Notes under the pieces: model-generated | The model's database searches: none | Told to the model about the DNA's origin: nothing | What the model saw: the letters and a program-made list of their open reading frames with translations, nothing else | Origin: Paraspadella gotoi | Lineage: Eukaryota; Animalia; Chaetognatha | Direction: 5' to 3' | Assembly: GCA_051294375.1 (NCBI GenBank) | Contig: CM119264.1 | Location: 12,340,263-12,404,262, forward strand | DNA: 64,000 nt | Made by a program: the position numbers and the translations under genes | In this document: positions 24,996 through 39,000 of the stretch, piece by piece | Layout of the letters: each line of letters begins with the position of its first letter | Numbering within the stretch: the first letter of the stretch is position 1

Positions 24996-25747
24996 GCTCC
25001 CCATTCTTTCTCTCTCTCTCTCTTTTCCCTTCCCCGGGCAGGACAAGTCAGCAAAAAGGTCAGCGTGCTCCACCGAGGGTCAAGCGACGCATCAGTAGAT
25101 TCGTTGATGTTGTTCTTTATTTTTTATTTTGTTCTGTTTTTTAAATAAGTGCGCTTGGGATTTTTTTGGTTAATATCCTCTTGTCGACGATTCCCGGGCT
25201 TTCGTTGTTCAATGTTCAACTTTGGGGTTTATTAATATAAAAAAATAGGATGAGCGGACGCTTCATTATGGCCGGTCGTTAGAAGACAGACGGTCGCCCC
25301 CACGGGCGCCACGCCCACGCTTCACATCTTAGATCGATGGTGTTCACGAGTCCACACTGTCCACACTCCACACTCCACAGTGTCGAAAGAAGATAAATTC
25401 CTTGCTTCTTGACTCTAAATCCAAGCGCGACAAGTTCGGGTGGGCCTGTCTGAGCCTTCGTTTGTTCAGTTTTCTGTTGTTTTTTTTTTTTGCAACGTAG
25501 TCGATGCAACTGTCTCTTTCCAGATTGGAAGACAATTTGGTGAAAAAAATTGTTTTTCTTTTGCAAAAGTCAAAGAGAACAGAAGTAGTGAGCGTGGGAG
25601 GGGATAGGCAGAAAGAGTAAGCGAGATATTGAGAGGAATAGAGAAAAAAAGAGAGTGAAAAGAAGAGCCGAAAATTTTATCTCCCTGAGGATAAAAAAAC
25701 GACAAGTTGTTGGAGAAAGATAAGAGCAAAGGGAAGGAAGAAGGGAG

Positions 25748-25858
<111 letters not shown>

Positions 25859-27597
25859 AACAGAGACAGAGAGATAGAGGGAAAGATACAGAGAGAGAGA
25901 GACGGAGAAACAGAGACAGAGAGAAAATTTTAGAGAAACGGACATATCGATTATACTTGACGTCCGCTGGAGAAAGACCATTAATAATGCTGGGGGAAAA
26001 AAATTAAAATTCGAAAAAAGAAAAAAAGAGAAACGCAAAAAATTTCCGGACCGAACCGATTCTCACACTTGAGCTTATTTCTATTCAATTAATTTTTTTT
26101 AATATACTAAAAGTTTTCTTCCTTCCTTACTTCTTTCTAACTTTTTTATTTTACGATCATAACTTAGGGAAGTCGCTTCACTATTGTCCATTCAAACATC
26201 TACCCACGAACACATACCCTAGATAAAAAAAATTGTTCTCTCTCTTTCTGTCAGACAGGAAAAAAAAGTTTGATCCGTTTAGTGGATGACCCGCCACACA
26301 TTCTGAGTTCCGGTTCCGTCCGGTTCCAACGTCCGGCGCCTTTCCGGCCAAAGGCGCTCTCCGGCCCCGAGGGCCTCGCGCGGGGTGAGAGGTTGGTGGG
26401 GCGGGGTTAACGGCTTTGAAGCAGAATGGATCTCATAAAGGGAGAGGAGGATAGGAACTGATGTGGATGAAAAGGTTTTGGGGCGGGCGAAGGTTATTTT
26501 CAAAGTCTTTACCTTCCCAATACTTATTTTAAAAAACATTATGAAAATTTTACGGCTTAGCTTACGTTACTAATGGAAAGCTAAAGAAAAAAAAAATTTC
26601 TTTTTTACTTATAGTTTATTGTTTTTTTTTTCTGTTTCGTTGTGATTTATTTAGAACAAAATTTTTATGAAATGGACATGTTTCGACTTTGTCCTTATAG
26701 TTTATAAGATTTTTTTAAAAACAAAAGGCGGCGACAGTAGTCGCTTATATTTGATTTTTAACAAATGAGCAAAAAACTATAGTCAAGTTATAAGCGTTTT
26801 TAACCTAAGTGAGACAGACCGATGGATAGACATACAGACGGACCGACCGACCGACGGACCGACCGACCGAAAAGTGACTTATAGTGTTGCTCCGCGATAT
26901 TAAAAAAAAAAATTATTTAAAAAAAAAATTGTATTTGGAAGCCAAAAGTCAGTTTCGTGAGAGTCGAGGAGGATTTTTTCGCTGGAGAGGAAGATCTGCT
27001 AAAGGGCAAAGGGTTGACTGGTTTTGGCGCAGGAAACAAGATGGCGCCGCTGGGAAAGGGTTAGGGATTGACGAGGACCCCGCTGGGTGAGACAGAAGCG
27101 TGGGCGGGGATCACCGGTTAGGGAGAAACGAGGGGGAAGGGGAACTCGCGGAGAGGGGAGCGGGTCAAACGTCAAATCGCTGATGGTCAGAGCCGAGGCG
27201 GGCGCTTAGTCGGGTCGCCCTGAGGGTGCTAGCCGGAAACCGGGCGCTTGATTAAGAATGATAAAAGTGTCGGGAGGAGGTGGGGAATTTGGGGAGGGTG
27301 GAAGGCGGGAACGGGGCGAGAAAAAAGAGGGATTTTTTTAAGGGTTTTTTTAATATTGTAGGGAAAGATATCGCCATCGCGGGAAGATGAAAGGTATGTA
27401 ATATGTATGCACTATGCAATGGGGAAAAATAGTAAGTAAAAAAAACAACAAAAAGAAAGGATCAGAGAAAGAAACAAAGAAAGAAAGCAAGCTGGAAAGT
27501 AAGAGAAAAAGAAGAGGAAAGGAAAAAGAAAGAAAGAGAGAAAATGGACAGACTGAAAGAGATGAAAGGCAAATATTGAAGTAAAGGCACTCAAAAG

Positions 27598-27699
<102 letters not shown>

Positions 27700-29925
27700 G
27701 GCAGATGCCGTCGTAATCAGCGAGCGAAGGGAAAGGACATGAACGGTTATTGGAACCAAGAGTTTGTTTTAAGAAGTGAGTTGAAAGTTGATTCCCTTTT
27801 ATGGCCGCGGGAGAAAGTGGAAACGGGAAGAGGAAGAGGATCTAAAAAAAAAGAGGCGGCGGAAAAGACAGCGAGGGGAAGGGGAGGAAAGAGAATTCGC
27901 TGAAGTTGGAGTCAACGTAAGGTTTTAAGTTTAACCCAAGCTTGTTAGTCCATACAGTTTTTACGAATTAGCCTATTAGTAGCAAGAACACAAGAGTTTT
28001 ATTTAAAATTTTTTTCTTACAAATTTGGTACCAAACGATAGGGAATTCTTTTCGAGCGCTTCATGCAAAAAATCAGCAAAATCGGTCCAGGCATTCAAAA
28101 GTTATGGCCCAAAACGTCACCCAAAAATCGCTTCCTCGCGTAATCAAGTCGCCCTATGTTAAGGATTTCGATTTTGGTTCCATAAGGATTTGTACTACGA
28201 GCACGGTACGAGAAGAATGCTCGTTTCGGGGCCCTATAGAATAGAAAAAAACGGAGCGACGGAATTCGAAGCTCGAAAAATCATAATCAGATCATGATAT
28301 TTGCAACAAATTTTACGTCTTTAACAATTTTCATTAATTATTACTAAATATTTAATTTTATTACAATCTAACAGGCCGAATAGGGTTGTATTAAAGTTTT
28401 AAATTGAATATGATTTACGATTTAAGTACGAGTTAATATAAAATTAATATTATGAGTAGAAAGAAAAATTTAAACTTGAACAAGGAAGTGAGGGATCCAT
28501 GAATGCCATGAACTCCTCAGCTCCTCAGGCAATGGATGGGGATGATAATCAAAAATAAATTATGTATTAGACAACCTGTGGAGATGAAAGTTTCATTGCT
28601 GGTCACTTTGTCGTATGGTCGCGAGAGAAGCCAATTACTAACTCTCTCTTCTTTCACCAGGGCCGCGCTCTTAGTCTTATCTCAATATCATGTACATTGA
28701 ACGTCTCTCTGTTATTTAACCTTCCAATAAACATGTAGTATGTAACCCTTACAAACCGATTAATGAGGAATTTAAGTTTGTTGTGACCTCCCTCGGCGTC
28801 GGCTCGGTGAAGATGTCCACACAATGTGTGGAGAGTCAGTGAAAGAGGGAACATACAAAGACATGCCCAAAATTTCATGGCCTCAAGTCCTCTATACTAT
28901 AGGTCCCTAAACATTTTTACTTAAAGAACTAGCCATGGGCGTGAGTCATTTTAAGATAACCAAATCAACTTACGTAGGTCATTGAATTTGAATAAAAAAA
29001 CAGACTTGATAACTGAAATATCTTTTCTATTCCACGCTCGTAAAGTCTAAGTTTGCGGCTTCGTCCGTCCAAAGGAATTAACCTGAGTTTAAGTTTTAAA
29101 GTTTTTTGTAACAAAATTATGAGAATAATAATGCCTTCCAAAAAGCCCATAAAAATATGGTTTCTTCCGGGCAAGCAAGTTTCTACTTTGATATGAAACA
29201 GGATTAATCAGCAGAGGTAAAAAATTGACCATAAAGGTATTATTAACGAGACAACCTTTTTCTCTAACCATTATCCTACCATATTCTAATTATAGTAATC
29301 AGAATGTAATTATTGTACAAGTTTTATGAAGAAAAGGTACTAATTTCTATTATTACATTATTTTAAGCACCAAGAGACCATGAACAGACAAAATGCGCAA
29401 TAGAAATAGGCAAAAATCAAGTTACAGTCGCGCTGGACTCGTTGGGTAATAATTTGCTGCCAGCGCCGCCAATGGGGAAGTATGCAGTTGCCTGAACAAA
29501 AATGAATTCCACAGATTAATAATTCTTTCCTTTTATAAAGAACAAAGGAAACATAATATAATTAAATATATAATATTTAGTGAAAAAGATTTGAGTTTTG
29601 ACAACGAATTTAATTTATTTAATTAAAGGACATGTTTTGGCTTATTTTAAAATGGTTCGAAAGTGTTTTATTGTCAAAGTTAAAAACAGGCAGGACATAA
29701 AATTATTTCCAAATTGTTTGTAAACAATCCAAATAAACATTAAAATTTCGGTTAAAAGGTAAATAAACGGTCTTTTGAAACCTTGATCGTCGCCATTTGT
29801 AAAATAAGTCTGTAAGCAGAGGCAGCACAAACATTAAAACACGTTTCGTAATCTTTGAGGCAACTGAAGAATTTACAAAATACCAAATCAAAACGTTATC
29901 TAAAATAACCCAGATTGCCTCGGGC

Positions 29926-31300
29926 CAGTGACTACGAAATTGCTTTTATAAGAAATGAAGCTGAATCTCCTATTTATTCAAATATGAATGTAAATTTTTA
30001 TTTCTTGGACTATACTCACAAAGAGTGGCCCAACTAATCGGGTAACATAAAACTCATTCCCTTATAAAATTTTGATACAGTAAAGTCAGTTTTTAAGCCA
30101 ATTTTTATATTCAAAAATCTTGTCCATTTTGTCCATTTCATTTTGAGCCTAATTTCAAGTGAAGATAGAAAAAAGAAAAATTTTTTACTTCGTTTTGTAG
30201 TTGCCTCAATGTTCTATCTGGAGGTAGAAGCATTTTTGTAATGATTCACCATTTGTCTGCAATGAATTTTTTAAAATGGTTAGTCAAAAAATGCATTTTT
30301 TCCATTTAATTCATTTTAAAAACTACTGAACATTCTTTAAATTAATTGAAACTAATCAAAATATTCCCCACATGATAAGCTAATTATATCTGTAATATAA
30401 AAGAAATAAGCTTCATCGCGTTTTCTTTCAAAAAAATTTTTAAGATGTCTTTGAATTTGTGATTTTTTGTGATTGTAGTTTATTTTCATTTCGACTTTAG
30501 ATTTATTTGTTTTTATAGTTTTATTAGTTTGGACTAGTTATTATTCTTGTTAAATCTTAAAAAACCGCATCATTTTGCGTTATCTCAAAGCATCAGGACA
30601 ATTTTTTAATCATTTTTCCGCGTGTCGAACGATTTTGCGAAAATATTCGCAAAATTGGTCGACTTTACTAAATCTGCTAACAACCAAATGAAGAAAAAAA
30701 TCGCGAAGTTAACGAAATATTTTGAAAGCATAAACTAAAGAAAAATAAATAAGACAGAAAAAAAGAATAAAAGGAATATAGAAAGAAAATAGAAGAGCAG
30801 AAAGGATAAGAAAGAACGAGAGACAGATAGAAAGAAGAGAGAGAGACGTTGTGAAGAAGTTTTATAAAATAAACAAACAATAGACTTATAAAAATAAAAA
30901 GGCAAAAAATAAACAACAACAACAAATACGTATTTACATTGGCTGAAAAAGGTCAGCCATAAACAAGGTCATTCTGTTTGGATTACGAACGGTCATTCTT
31001 ACTGACCACTACTGGGTCACAAAAGTTACAAAGACTTCGTCGTCGTCTTCGTTGTTATATTCGTCGTCGTCGTCGTCTTTTTCAAAATCATTTGAGCTCC
31101 CATAAACGCAATGAAATTAACGGAGACGACTATTCGAGAATTATTATTTAGAGAAAAACAGATTTGAATTGTTTTCAACGAATTATAATTACACAATTTG
31201 TTAGTCGGATCATGTTTTGACTGTTGTTAGAGTCTTCATCAGCGTTTTGACTAATCATAAGTTTTTCTTTTAAACATTAAGTTAGAGAAGAGAAGAGAAG

Positions 31301-31336
<36 letters not shown>

Positions 31337-32215
31337 AAGATGAGAAGAAACAGAAAAGAGTTTCTAAAGACTGTTCTCAAGTTACCCCTCGATTTTTCGT
31401 TCACAACTTTGTCATCGATCGTTCATCAATTATCATAACTTCGAAATACCAAAGACATTTTTCTAGCAGCGTCGTCGGTTGTTATGGTGGCATCATAACG
31501 GAAGTGGAGTCTGAGAAAGTGGTTCAAATTTAAATGTTGCTGATTCTGGCAAAACCGAATCGAACATTTCGGTTAGATTCCGTCGCGAGGTTGAAGTTTC
31601 TCCTCTCTTATTTTCTCCTCAGCTCCCTTTCTCCTCTTATTTTCCCTTTCTCTTCGTCTCTCTCTCTCTCATCTCTCTCTCTTCTCTCTCTCTCTCTTCT
31701 CTCTCTCTCTCATCCTTTCCTCCTTTCCTGTCGGCGTTCCCGCACACCATGGCGTATCCCACTCCAGTTAAAGTTGAGGAGATGAGAGAGAAAGAAAGAG
31801 AAAGACGAAAAGAGAAGAAGAAAGAAGGAGAAAGAAAGTAAAGAAGAGAAAGGAGAAGATTAGAATTTAAATTTTTAAAAACCTGTTGATTGCTGTCTAC
31901 GCTCCATTCTTCTCAATTTTTTTAAAGCCAATAGTTGACGACGTAGATTTCGTAACTCCCCGAAATAGTTAAAATTAGATTTTTAAACGTCAATTAGTTC
32001 AAAAAACTCTGAAAAGAACTTTTAGTCGGTAGCGAATTTTGAATAAATAGAGATAAGCAACAGTGCTTGCTTAATGACAGAGAGATAACTATTCCCAAAT
32101 CGAATTTTAAAGTCAAGAATGACCCAAAGAATCAAAACGAGAAACAACTAAAAAGATAGTAATGTTTTTACAGTTAGAAATCAATGGTTTTAAGAAAGGC
32201 GTTTCGTAGACACTG
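29926..32215. mobile_element. 2.3-kb non-autonomous hAT-like DNA transposon, with nested repeats
   Basis: TIRs CAGTGACTACGAAA ... TTTCGTAGACACTG with imperfect 8-bp flanks cctcgggc / ccctcgcc. The inverted sister copy at ~34850-34870 shows the empty site gattgcctcggccaaccc. Confidence 0.75.
31206..31245 (-). ncRNA. Degenerate minimal hammerhead motif (same family)
   Basis: Minus strand reads cg-CTGATGA-A-GACT-ctaacaac-AGTC-AAAA-CATGATC-cg. Confidence 0.55.
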
Positions 32216-33613
32216 CCCTCGCCAAACCCTTTCCCCTTTCTCAATTATCGCTCGTCGCGACTCCCGATTGCGAATTTAGGAAACTAATCGTCGGACGTTG
32301 AAACCATCCCCCCTACCGGCGACGCTCGCCACCGCCTATACATTCATTAAATAACATTAAATCGTTGTTAAAACTCAAATCTTTTCACTAAACCACTTTA
32401 CGTACAACGAAAAACAAAAGACTTACGATCAAAATTATAATATTAATGTAGAAAGGGTTAATTAGTATTTCCTAATCAAAAAAAACTGGCCCAGGAAACT
32501 AAGAGTGGCAAGGTGTAATATCCTCTACAATTAAAAAAGCCAAATCCACGAAAACAATTATAAAATTACCTTGATTTTAATATTAAATATTAATTGTGTA
32601 TTTTATTAGGTTAATAGGCTATCCTTGGTTTGAATACGCCTTACCTTTCCTCTTAACTTAGCCCAACCTCCGAACTTACTCTTAACCTCATTTACCCCTA
32701 AGCTAATTTCAACCTTAACCCTAACTTACTGTTTTGACGCTCGTGGCGGCCAACACGTGCGTTTCTGCGCGGAAAAGTTTGACGTCCGCGGAGTCACCGG
32801 CGGACAACATTGCGAATCGACGACGGCCGCAAAATACATTAGGAAAAGCTTTACAACTGATTCAGTTGCGAAGAATGGAGGGAAAAGGGGAAAAAAGGGG
32901 GAAAATTAGTATCCGTCTTATTTTTACTTAAGCAATGTTTGAACTGTCACGGGAGGGAAAAGTCGTTACCTCTAGAACAGACGTTCAACGCTCCGTTGGG
33001 GGTTTATTTTTAACTGTTTTAAACTCATTTTTTACCTTTTAATCTCGGAAATTAAGAATTAATTTCACTAATGACTAATGTGCAAAGTAAAGACAGTATT
33101 CCTTATTATTAGCGTGATTAACGATAAAATTAAGATAAGAGAAAAAAATATTACCTCCGATTCAGCGCCGTCTCCTCTTATTTCTTACGTCGATGGTATG
33201 ATAAAAGATTATTCTAAGTGCAATATCTATCAAAAATAAGCACTCTTTGTATAATTAGTAAAGATAAAAATAATTATTATTTCTTGGCCAAAAGCCTGTT
33301 AACGATGTGGAAACCGCCGTTGCTATAGAAACCCAGAGGGATCTGACCCGATCGCTGTCGCCAGTGATCATCCAAAGCGATTCGCTCAACAAAAGATCGC
33401 GAGCCACAGCCATGACATGAGGCTCCCGAGCCAAGCACGCGTAACAAAGAAACTAAGATTCCCGGCAAATTCTATACGGCGCCAGCGAGCATAAACAAAG
33501 AATGTTAAGCGGANNNNNNNNNNNNNNNNNNNNNNNNNNNNNNNNNNNNNNNNNNNNNNNNNNNNNNNNNNNNNNNNNNNNNNNNNNNNNNNNNNNNNNN
33601 NNNNNNNNNNNNN

Positions 33614-35980
33614 ATAATCTTCGAGTTTTATCATACCATCGACGTAAGAAATAAGAGGAGACAGCGCTGAATCGGAGGTAATATTTTTTTCTCTTATCTC
33701 AATTTTATCGTTAATCACGCTAATAATAGGAATACTGTCTTTACTTTGCACATTAGTCATTAGTGAAATTAATTCTTAATTTCCGAGATTAAAAGGTAAA
33801 AAATGAGTTTAAAACATTTGAAAATAAACCTCCAACGGAGCGTTGAACGTCTGTTCTAGAGGTAACGACTTTTCCCTCCCGTGACAGTTCAAACATTGCT
33901 TAAGTAAAACTAAGACGGATATTAATTTTCCCCCTTTTTTCCCCCTTTTCTCCCCATTTTTCGCAACTGAATCAGTTGTAAAGCTTTTCCTAATTATTTG
34001 GGCCGTCTCGATCGCGATGTTGTCCGCCAGTGACTCCGCGGACGTCAAACTTTTCCGCGCGGGAACGAACGTGTTGGCCGCCACGAGCGTCAAAACAGTA
34101 AGTTAGGGTTAAGGTTGAAATTAGCTTAGGGGTAAAATGAGGTTAAGGGTAAGTTCGGAGTTGGGCTAAGTTAAGAGGAAGGTAAGGCGTATTCAAACCA
34201 AGGATAGCCTAATAAACCCTAATAAAATACAATATTGATTATTAATATTAATCAAGGTAATTTTATAATTGTTTTTCGTGGATTTGGCTTTTTTAATTGT
34301 ACAAGATGTTACGCCTTGCCACTCTTTTATGTTTTCCTGGGCCAGTTTTTTGATTAGGCGAATATTTTTTCGCGGCCTTTTAGCTGAAGCTTCGTATTCC
34401 GAGAGAGAAACCGTTTTGACTTTAGTTTCTAATGAAATCTCACAAATATTGTTTCACCCGGAGGAAACTGTTTTTACAAGTTTTCCAATGGAATTTGGAA
34501 TTACGATAAAGTTTTAATATTAAATACGACTTTTTCTTCATAATTCTTTGGCAAAACTCACGTTAAAACATTTCGACAGGCAATACGCCGACGGTTCAGC
34601 TCCATGAGGCATAGGAAATACTAATACCCTTTCTACATTAATATTATAATTTTGTGTAATCTTTTTGTTTTCGTTGTAGTAATGTTTAGTGGAAAAGATT
34701 TGAGTTTTAACAACGAATTTAATTAATTTATGTTGTATCGGCGGTGGCGAGCGTCGCCGTAGGGGGAGATGGTTCAACGTCCGACGATTAGTTTCCTAAA
34801 TTCGCAATCGGGAGTCGCGACGACGGATAATTGAAGAAGAGGGGAAAAAGGGTTGGCCGAGGCAATCTGGGTTATTTTAGATAACGTTTGATTTGGTATT
34901 TTGTAAATTCTTCAGTTGCCTCAAAGATTACGAAACGGTTTTAATGTTTGACTGTTTGTGCTGCCTCTGCTTACAGACTTATTATACAAATGGCGACGAT
35001 CAAGTTTTCAAAAGACCATTTATTTACCTTTTAACCGAAATTTTAATGTTTATTTGGATTGTTTACAAACAATTTGGAAATAATTTTATGTCCTCGCCTG
35101 TTTTTAACTTTGATAAATAAACAACTTTCGAAACCATTTGTAAAATAAGTCTGAAAGCAGAGGCAGCGCAACATGATGAAGGCTTGAACATCTAAAGCCA
35201 AAACATGTCCTTTAATTAAATAAATTAAATTCGTTGTCAAAAGTCAAATCTTTTTCATTAAATATTATAATTTAATTATATTATATTTCCTTTGTTCTTT
35301 ATAAATGGAAAGAATTATTAATCTGTGAATTCATTTTTGTTCAGGCAACTGCAGACTTCCCCATTGGCGGCGCTGGCAGCAAATTATTACCCAACGAGTC
35401 CAGCGCGACTGTAACTTGATTTTTGCCTATTTCTATTGCGCATTTTGTCTGTTCATGGTCTCTTGGTGTTTAATATAATAATAATAATATAAATTAGTCC
35501 CTTTTCTTTCATAAAACTTGTACAATAATTACAGGTTCTGATTACTATAATTAGAATATAGTAGGATAATAGTTAGATAAAAAGGTTGTCTCGTTAATAA
35601 TACCTTTATGGTCAATTTCAATTTTTTACCTCTGCTGTAAATCCTGTTTATACCAAAGTGAAACTTGCTTGCCCGGAAGAAACCATATTTTTATGGGCTT
35701 TTTGGAAGGCATATATTATTCTCATAATTTTGTACAAATAAAACTTTGAAACTCAAATCTTCGTTTGTGCTTCTTAAAACTCAGGTTAATCCTTTGGACG
35801 GACAAGCTTGGCAATAGAAAAGATATTTCAGTTTCAAGTCTGTTTTTTTATTCAAATTCATGACCTACGATAAGTTGATTTGGTTAATCTAAAATGACTC
35901 ACGCCCGGCTAGTTCTTTAAGTAAAAATGTTTAGGGACCTATATAGGGACTTGAGGCCATGAAAATTTGGGTCATGTCTT
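33614..35980 (-). repeat. Inverted duplicate of 28858-29925 plus 32216-33210, bounded by two 100-N gaps (probable alternate haplotig)
   Basis: Reverse-complement identity throughout; for example ORFs 32734+ and 33809- both begin MTLVAANT. It lacks the hAT insertion and has its own ~250-bp insertion at ~34358-34611. Confidence 0.85.
35173..35213 (+). ncRNA. Degenerate minimal hammerhead motif (same family)
   Basis: aTGATGA-A-GGCTT-gaacatcta-AAGCC-AAAA-CATGTC-cttt, followed by the family tail AAATAAATTAAATTCGTTGTCAAAA. Confidence 0.55.
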
Positions 35981-36080
35981 NNNNNNNNNNNNNNNNNNNN
36001 NNNNNNNNNNNNNNNNNNNNNNNNNNNNNNNNNNNNNNNNNNNNNNNNNNNNNNNNNNNNNNNNNNNNNNNNNNNNNNNN

Positions 36081-39000
36081 GAGAGCACTTAAGAAAGACA
36101 AGACTAAGCAGAGAGAGAGAAGACTATGACCGAGACGACGAGAGAGACCGTAGCAGAGAGAGAGAGACGATGAGAGCAATGAGAAACAGACGCAGAGAGC
36201 AACGAAACGCAGAGAGTAGTAGCACGATGTAGAGATTGCAGATGAGAGACTGTAGGAAACAGAGGGAGATAAGAAGATAGCAGATGGGCACTAGTACCAA
36301 TGCCGTCGATTCTCGTGTCTTTCCCTCGACGGGCTGTTCGTCAAACGCCCATGCACTTTTTTCTTTTCTTTTTCCCTGGTCTATTACTTATTCTCTGTAT
36401 GGATTTTTCTCCTTTTCTTTTCTTTTTTTTTTTCCTTTCTTTCTCTCTTCTTTTCTCTCTCTTATTATTATTCTCTCTTTCTCTATTTTTTCTCTCTTTA
36501 TATCTCCTTTCGAAATGCTTTCTCTTCTATTTTTTTACTATAAAGTTCGATTTCTTCTCCTATTGGGATTCTTCTCCTTTTTCATTCAAACTTTTTTCTC
36601 ATAAGATGTTTCTTTTGAGTCCATCGTTCTCTCTCTTTCATACTTCTTCTCCTTTGTAATCAAGCACTATAACTTAATTCCCATCCACTCATTTAATAAA
36701 TACGCCCTCTATCCTTTTGCCCTGACTTTTGCACCAGGCCTTTGGTGGTTCATCAGGCTTCACTTCTTGAAGTATTTCATTTATCACTTTCTTTATTCCC
36801 ACTAATTAAATCAAATAATTCTGACACAGCTCTGGTTAACTTCATAAAATTAAAAAAGACATTCATTACGTCTTTGAGGTTCGTAATCTGAAGAAAAATT
36901 AGAAAATACCCACTACCCCCTCACCTCTCTCTCTCTCTCTCTCACCTCTCCGTTTACCAGTCTTCCACGTTTCCACCATGTCCAGTCTCCAGTCGTCCAC
37001 CTGCATATCTTTCTATCTTTTCCACTCTCATCCACTCTTTCTTTCTCTTCTCTCGCGCAATCACCACTCTCTCTCATCCTTCTTCATTCCCCTTTTCTAT
37101 AACTCTTCACACGTTATCTTCATTCTCATCAAACTCCACCTCGCCCATCTCGCCGGGATCTCCATCCCCACCTCTGGTTTTCCCTCGTAAATCGGCAATC
37201 AACCGTCGACTCTTTGAGAGACGAAATCCCTTTTCCTCTCTCTCTCTTCTCTTCTCTTCTCTCTCTCTCTCCTACTCTCTCTCTCTCTTCTCTCTCTCTC
37301 TTTCCGTCACTCCCTCTTCCCTCTCTCTCTCTCTCCCCTTCTCCTCTCTCTCCTCGCCCCCTACTCACTTCTCTCTTTTCTTCTCTCTTCTCGCTCATTT
37401 TCCCTCCCGCGCAGCGAACAAGTCAGTCCAAATCGTCAGCGTGCTTCCACCTCCGAGGGTTGCCAACGCACGCATCAGTCTAACATTCGTTTGTATGTTG
37501 TTATTGCTTTTTATTTTTTTAATTTATTCTGCTATGTTTTTTTAAAATATCACTTGTTCTGGCGCAACACTTGGGAATTCAGAGTTTCTGTTCTGTGGTT
37601 ATGTCCTTCCTTCTCTGTCCGATCGATACTCCGGCTTCGTCTATACCATGTATTTCAACTTTGCGAGGTATCTATTAATATAAAAACACACTAGAGATAG
37701 AAGAGTGTTCACCGGCCACGCCCTTCATTATGGCCGGGTCGTGTAGGACGGGCCAGGCAGCAGAGCCGGTGCAGGGGCGACCACCGCGCGAGCACGCACT
37801 CTCACATCTTAGAATCGATGGCCTGCTTCAACCGAGTTCCGAGTCCACCGACTGACCACCGCATACCACCACTGCCAGAGTGTCGAAAGAAGATAAAAAC
37901 TTAACCTACTAGCTGCGTCTTTGATTCTGAAATGCCAAGCACGAGAGCATGAAACACAGTTCGGGTGGGCCTGTCTGAGCTTCGTTTTGTTTCAGTTTTC
38001 TGTTGTTTTTTTTTTTTGCAACGTAGTCCGATGCAACGTGTCTGCTTTCCAGATTGGAAGACAATTTGGTGAAAAAAATTGTTTTTTTTCTCCTCTGCAA
38101 AGGCCATAAAGAGAACTAGAGTACGTCTATTGACGCGGTTCGAGGGAGGGTGCTCAATATTGGCAGAAAAGAGTAACGCCGTCAGATATTTGTAGCAGGA
38201 AATATGCATGCAAAACACGAAGACGCTCGATACAAGAAGTAGCCGAAAATTTCTCTTATTCCTCGCTCCTGAGGATACAATCAAAATCTACATCTCGACA
38301 AGTTTTGTTGGACGTATACAGATAATCGAGCCTACACAGGGTACAGGACAGTAAGGGAGAATGGGAGACGAGAGAGAGATGAGAGATCGAGAGAGTACGC
38401 ACGAGAGAGTAGACGAGATGGAGACGAAGAGAGTATGACATATAAATCAGAGACAGAGAGTATCGAAGGGGAAAGATAGCATGCAGATGAAGCACTTAGT
38501 ATCGCACGGCACGACTACACAGAGGACAGTACGAGGAAAATGTTCTCCTGGAGAGTGACACGGGGACGGTACTAGTGAATTATACTGGTGATCCGTTCTC
38601 CGGTCTTTTGTGCACGTAGAACGACGCGATTGTGCTTATGAATATCAGGGTGTGCGCTCGGTGGGAAAAAAATCTGGAGAAAAGTCGACTGTTAATGTCT
38701 GATATATATAAAGTGCAAGAGTAACGGTCTCACGAAAGAACAATTCTCAGGAGGAACCATGGAGTCGAGCACGGCGCGATTCTCCACTTTGACTACTTAT
38801 ATGAAGTGATCTGTGTCAACCATCGTAATTTTTTTTATATTATATTCTCAATCAAGTTTTCTTCCTTACTATTACTGCTTTCTATTAACATTTTTTGCTT
38901 ATTCTTTCCGATCATTCCATACTCTCTAGGGACAGTCGCTGGCTCCGAGTCCATTGCATTCTCAGATCAAGCATCTAAGCCCACGAACATCTACACTACG

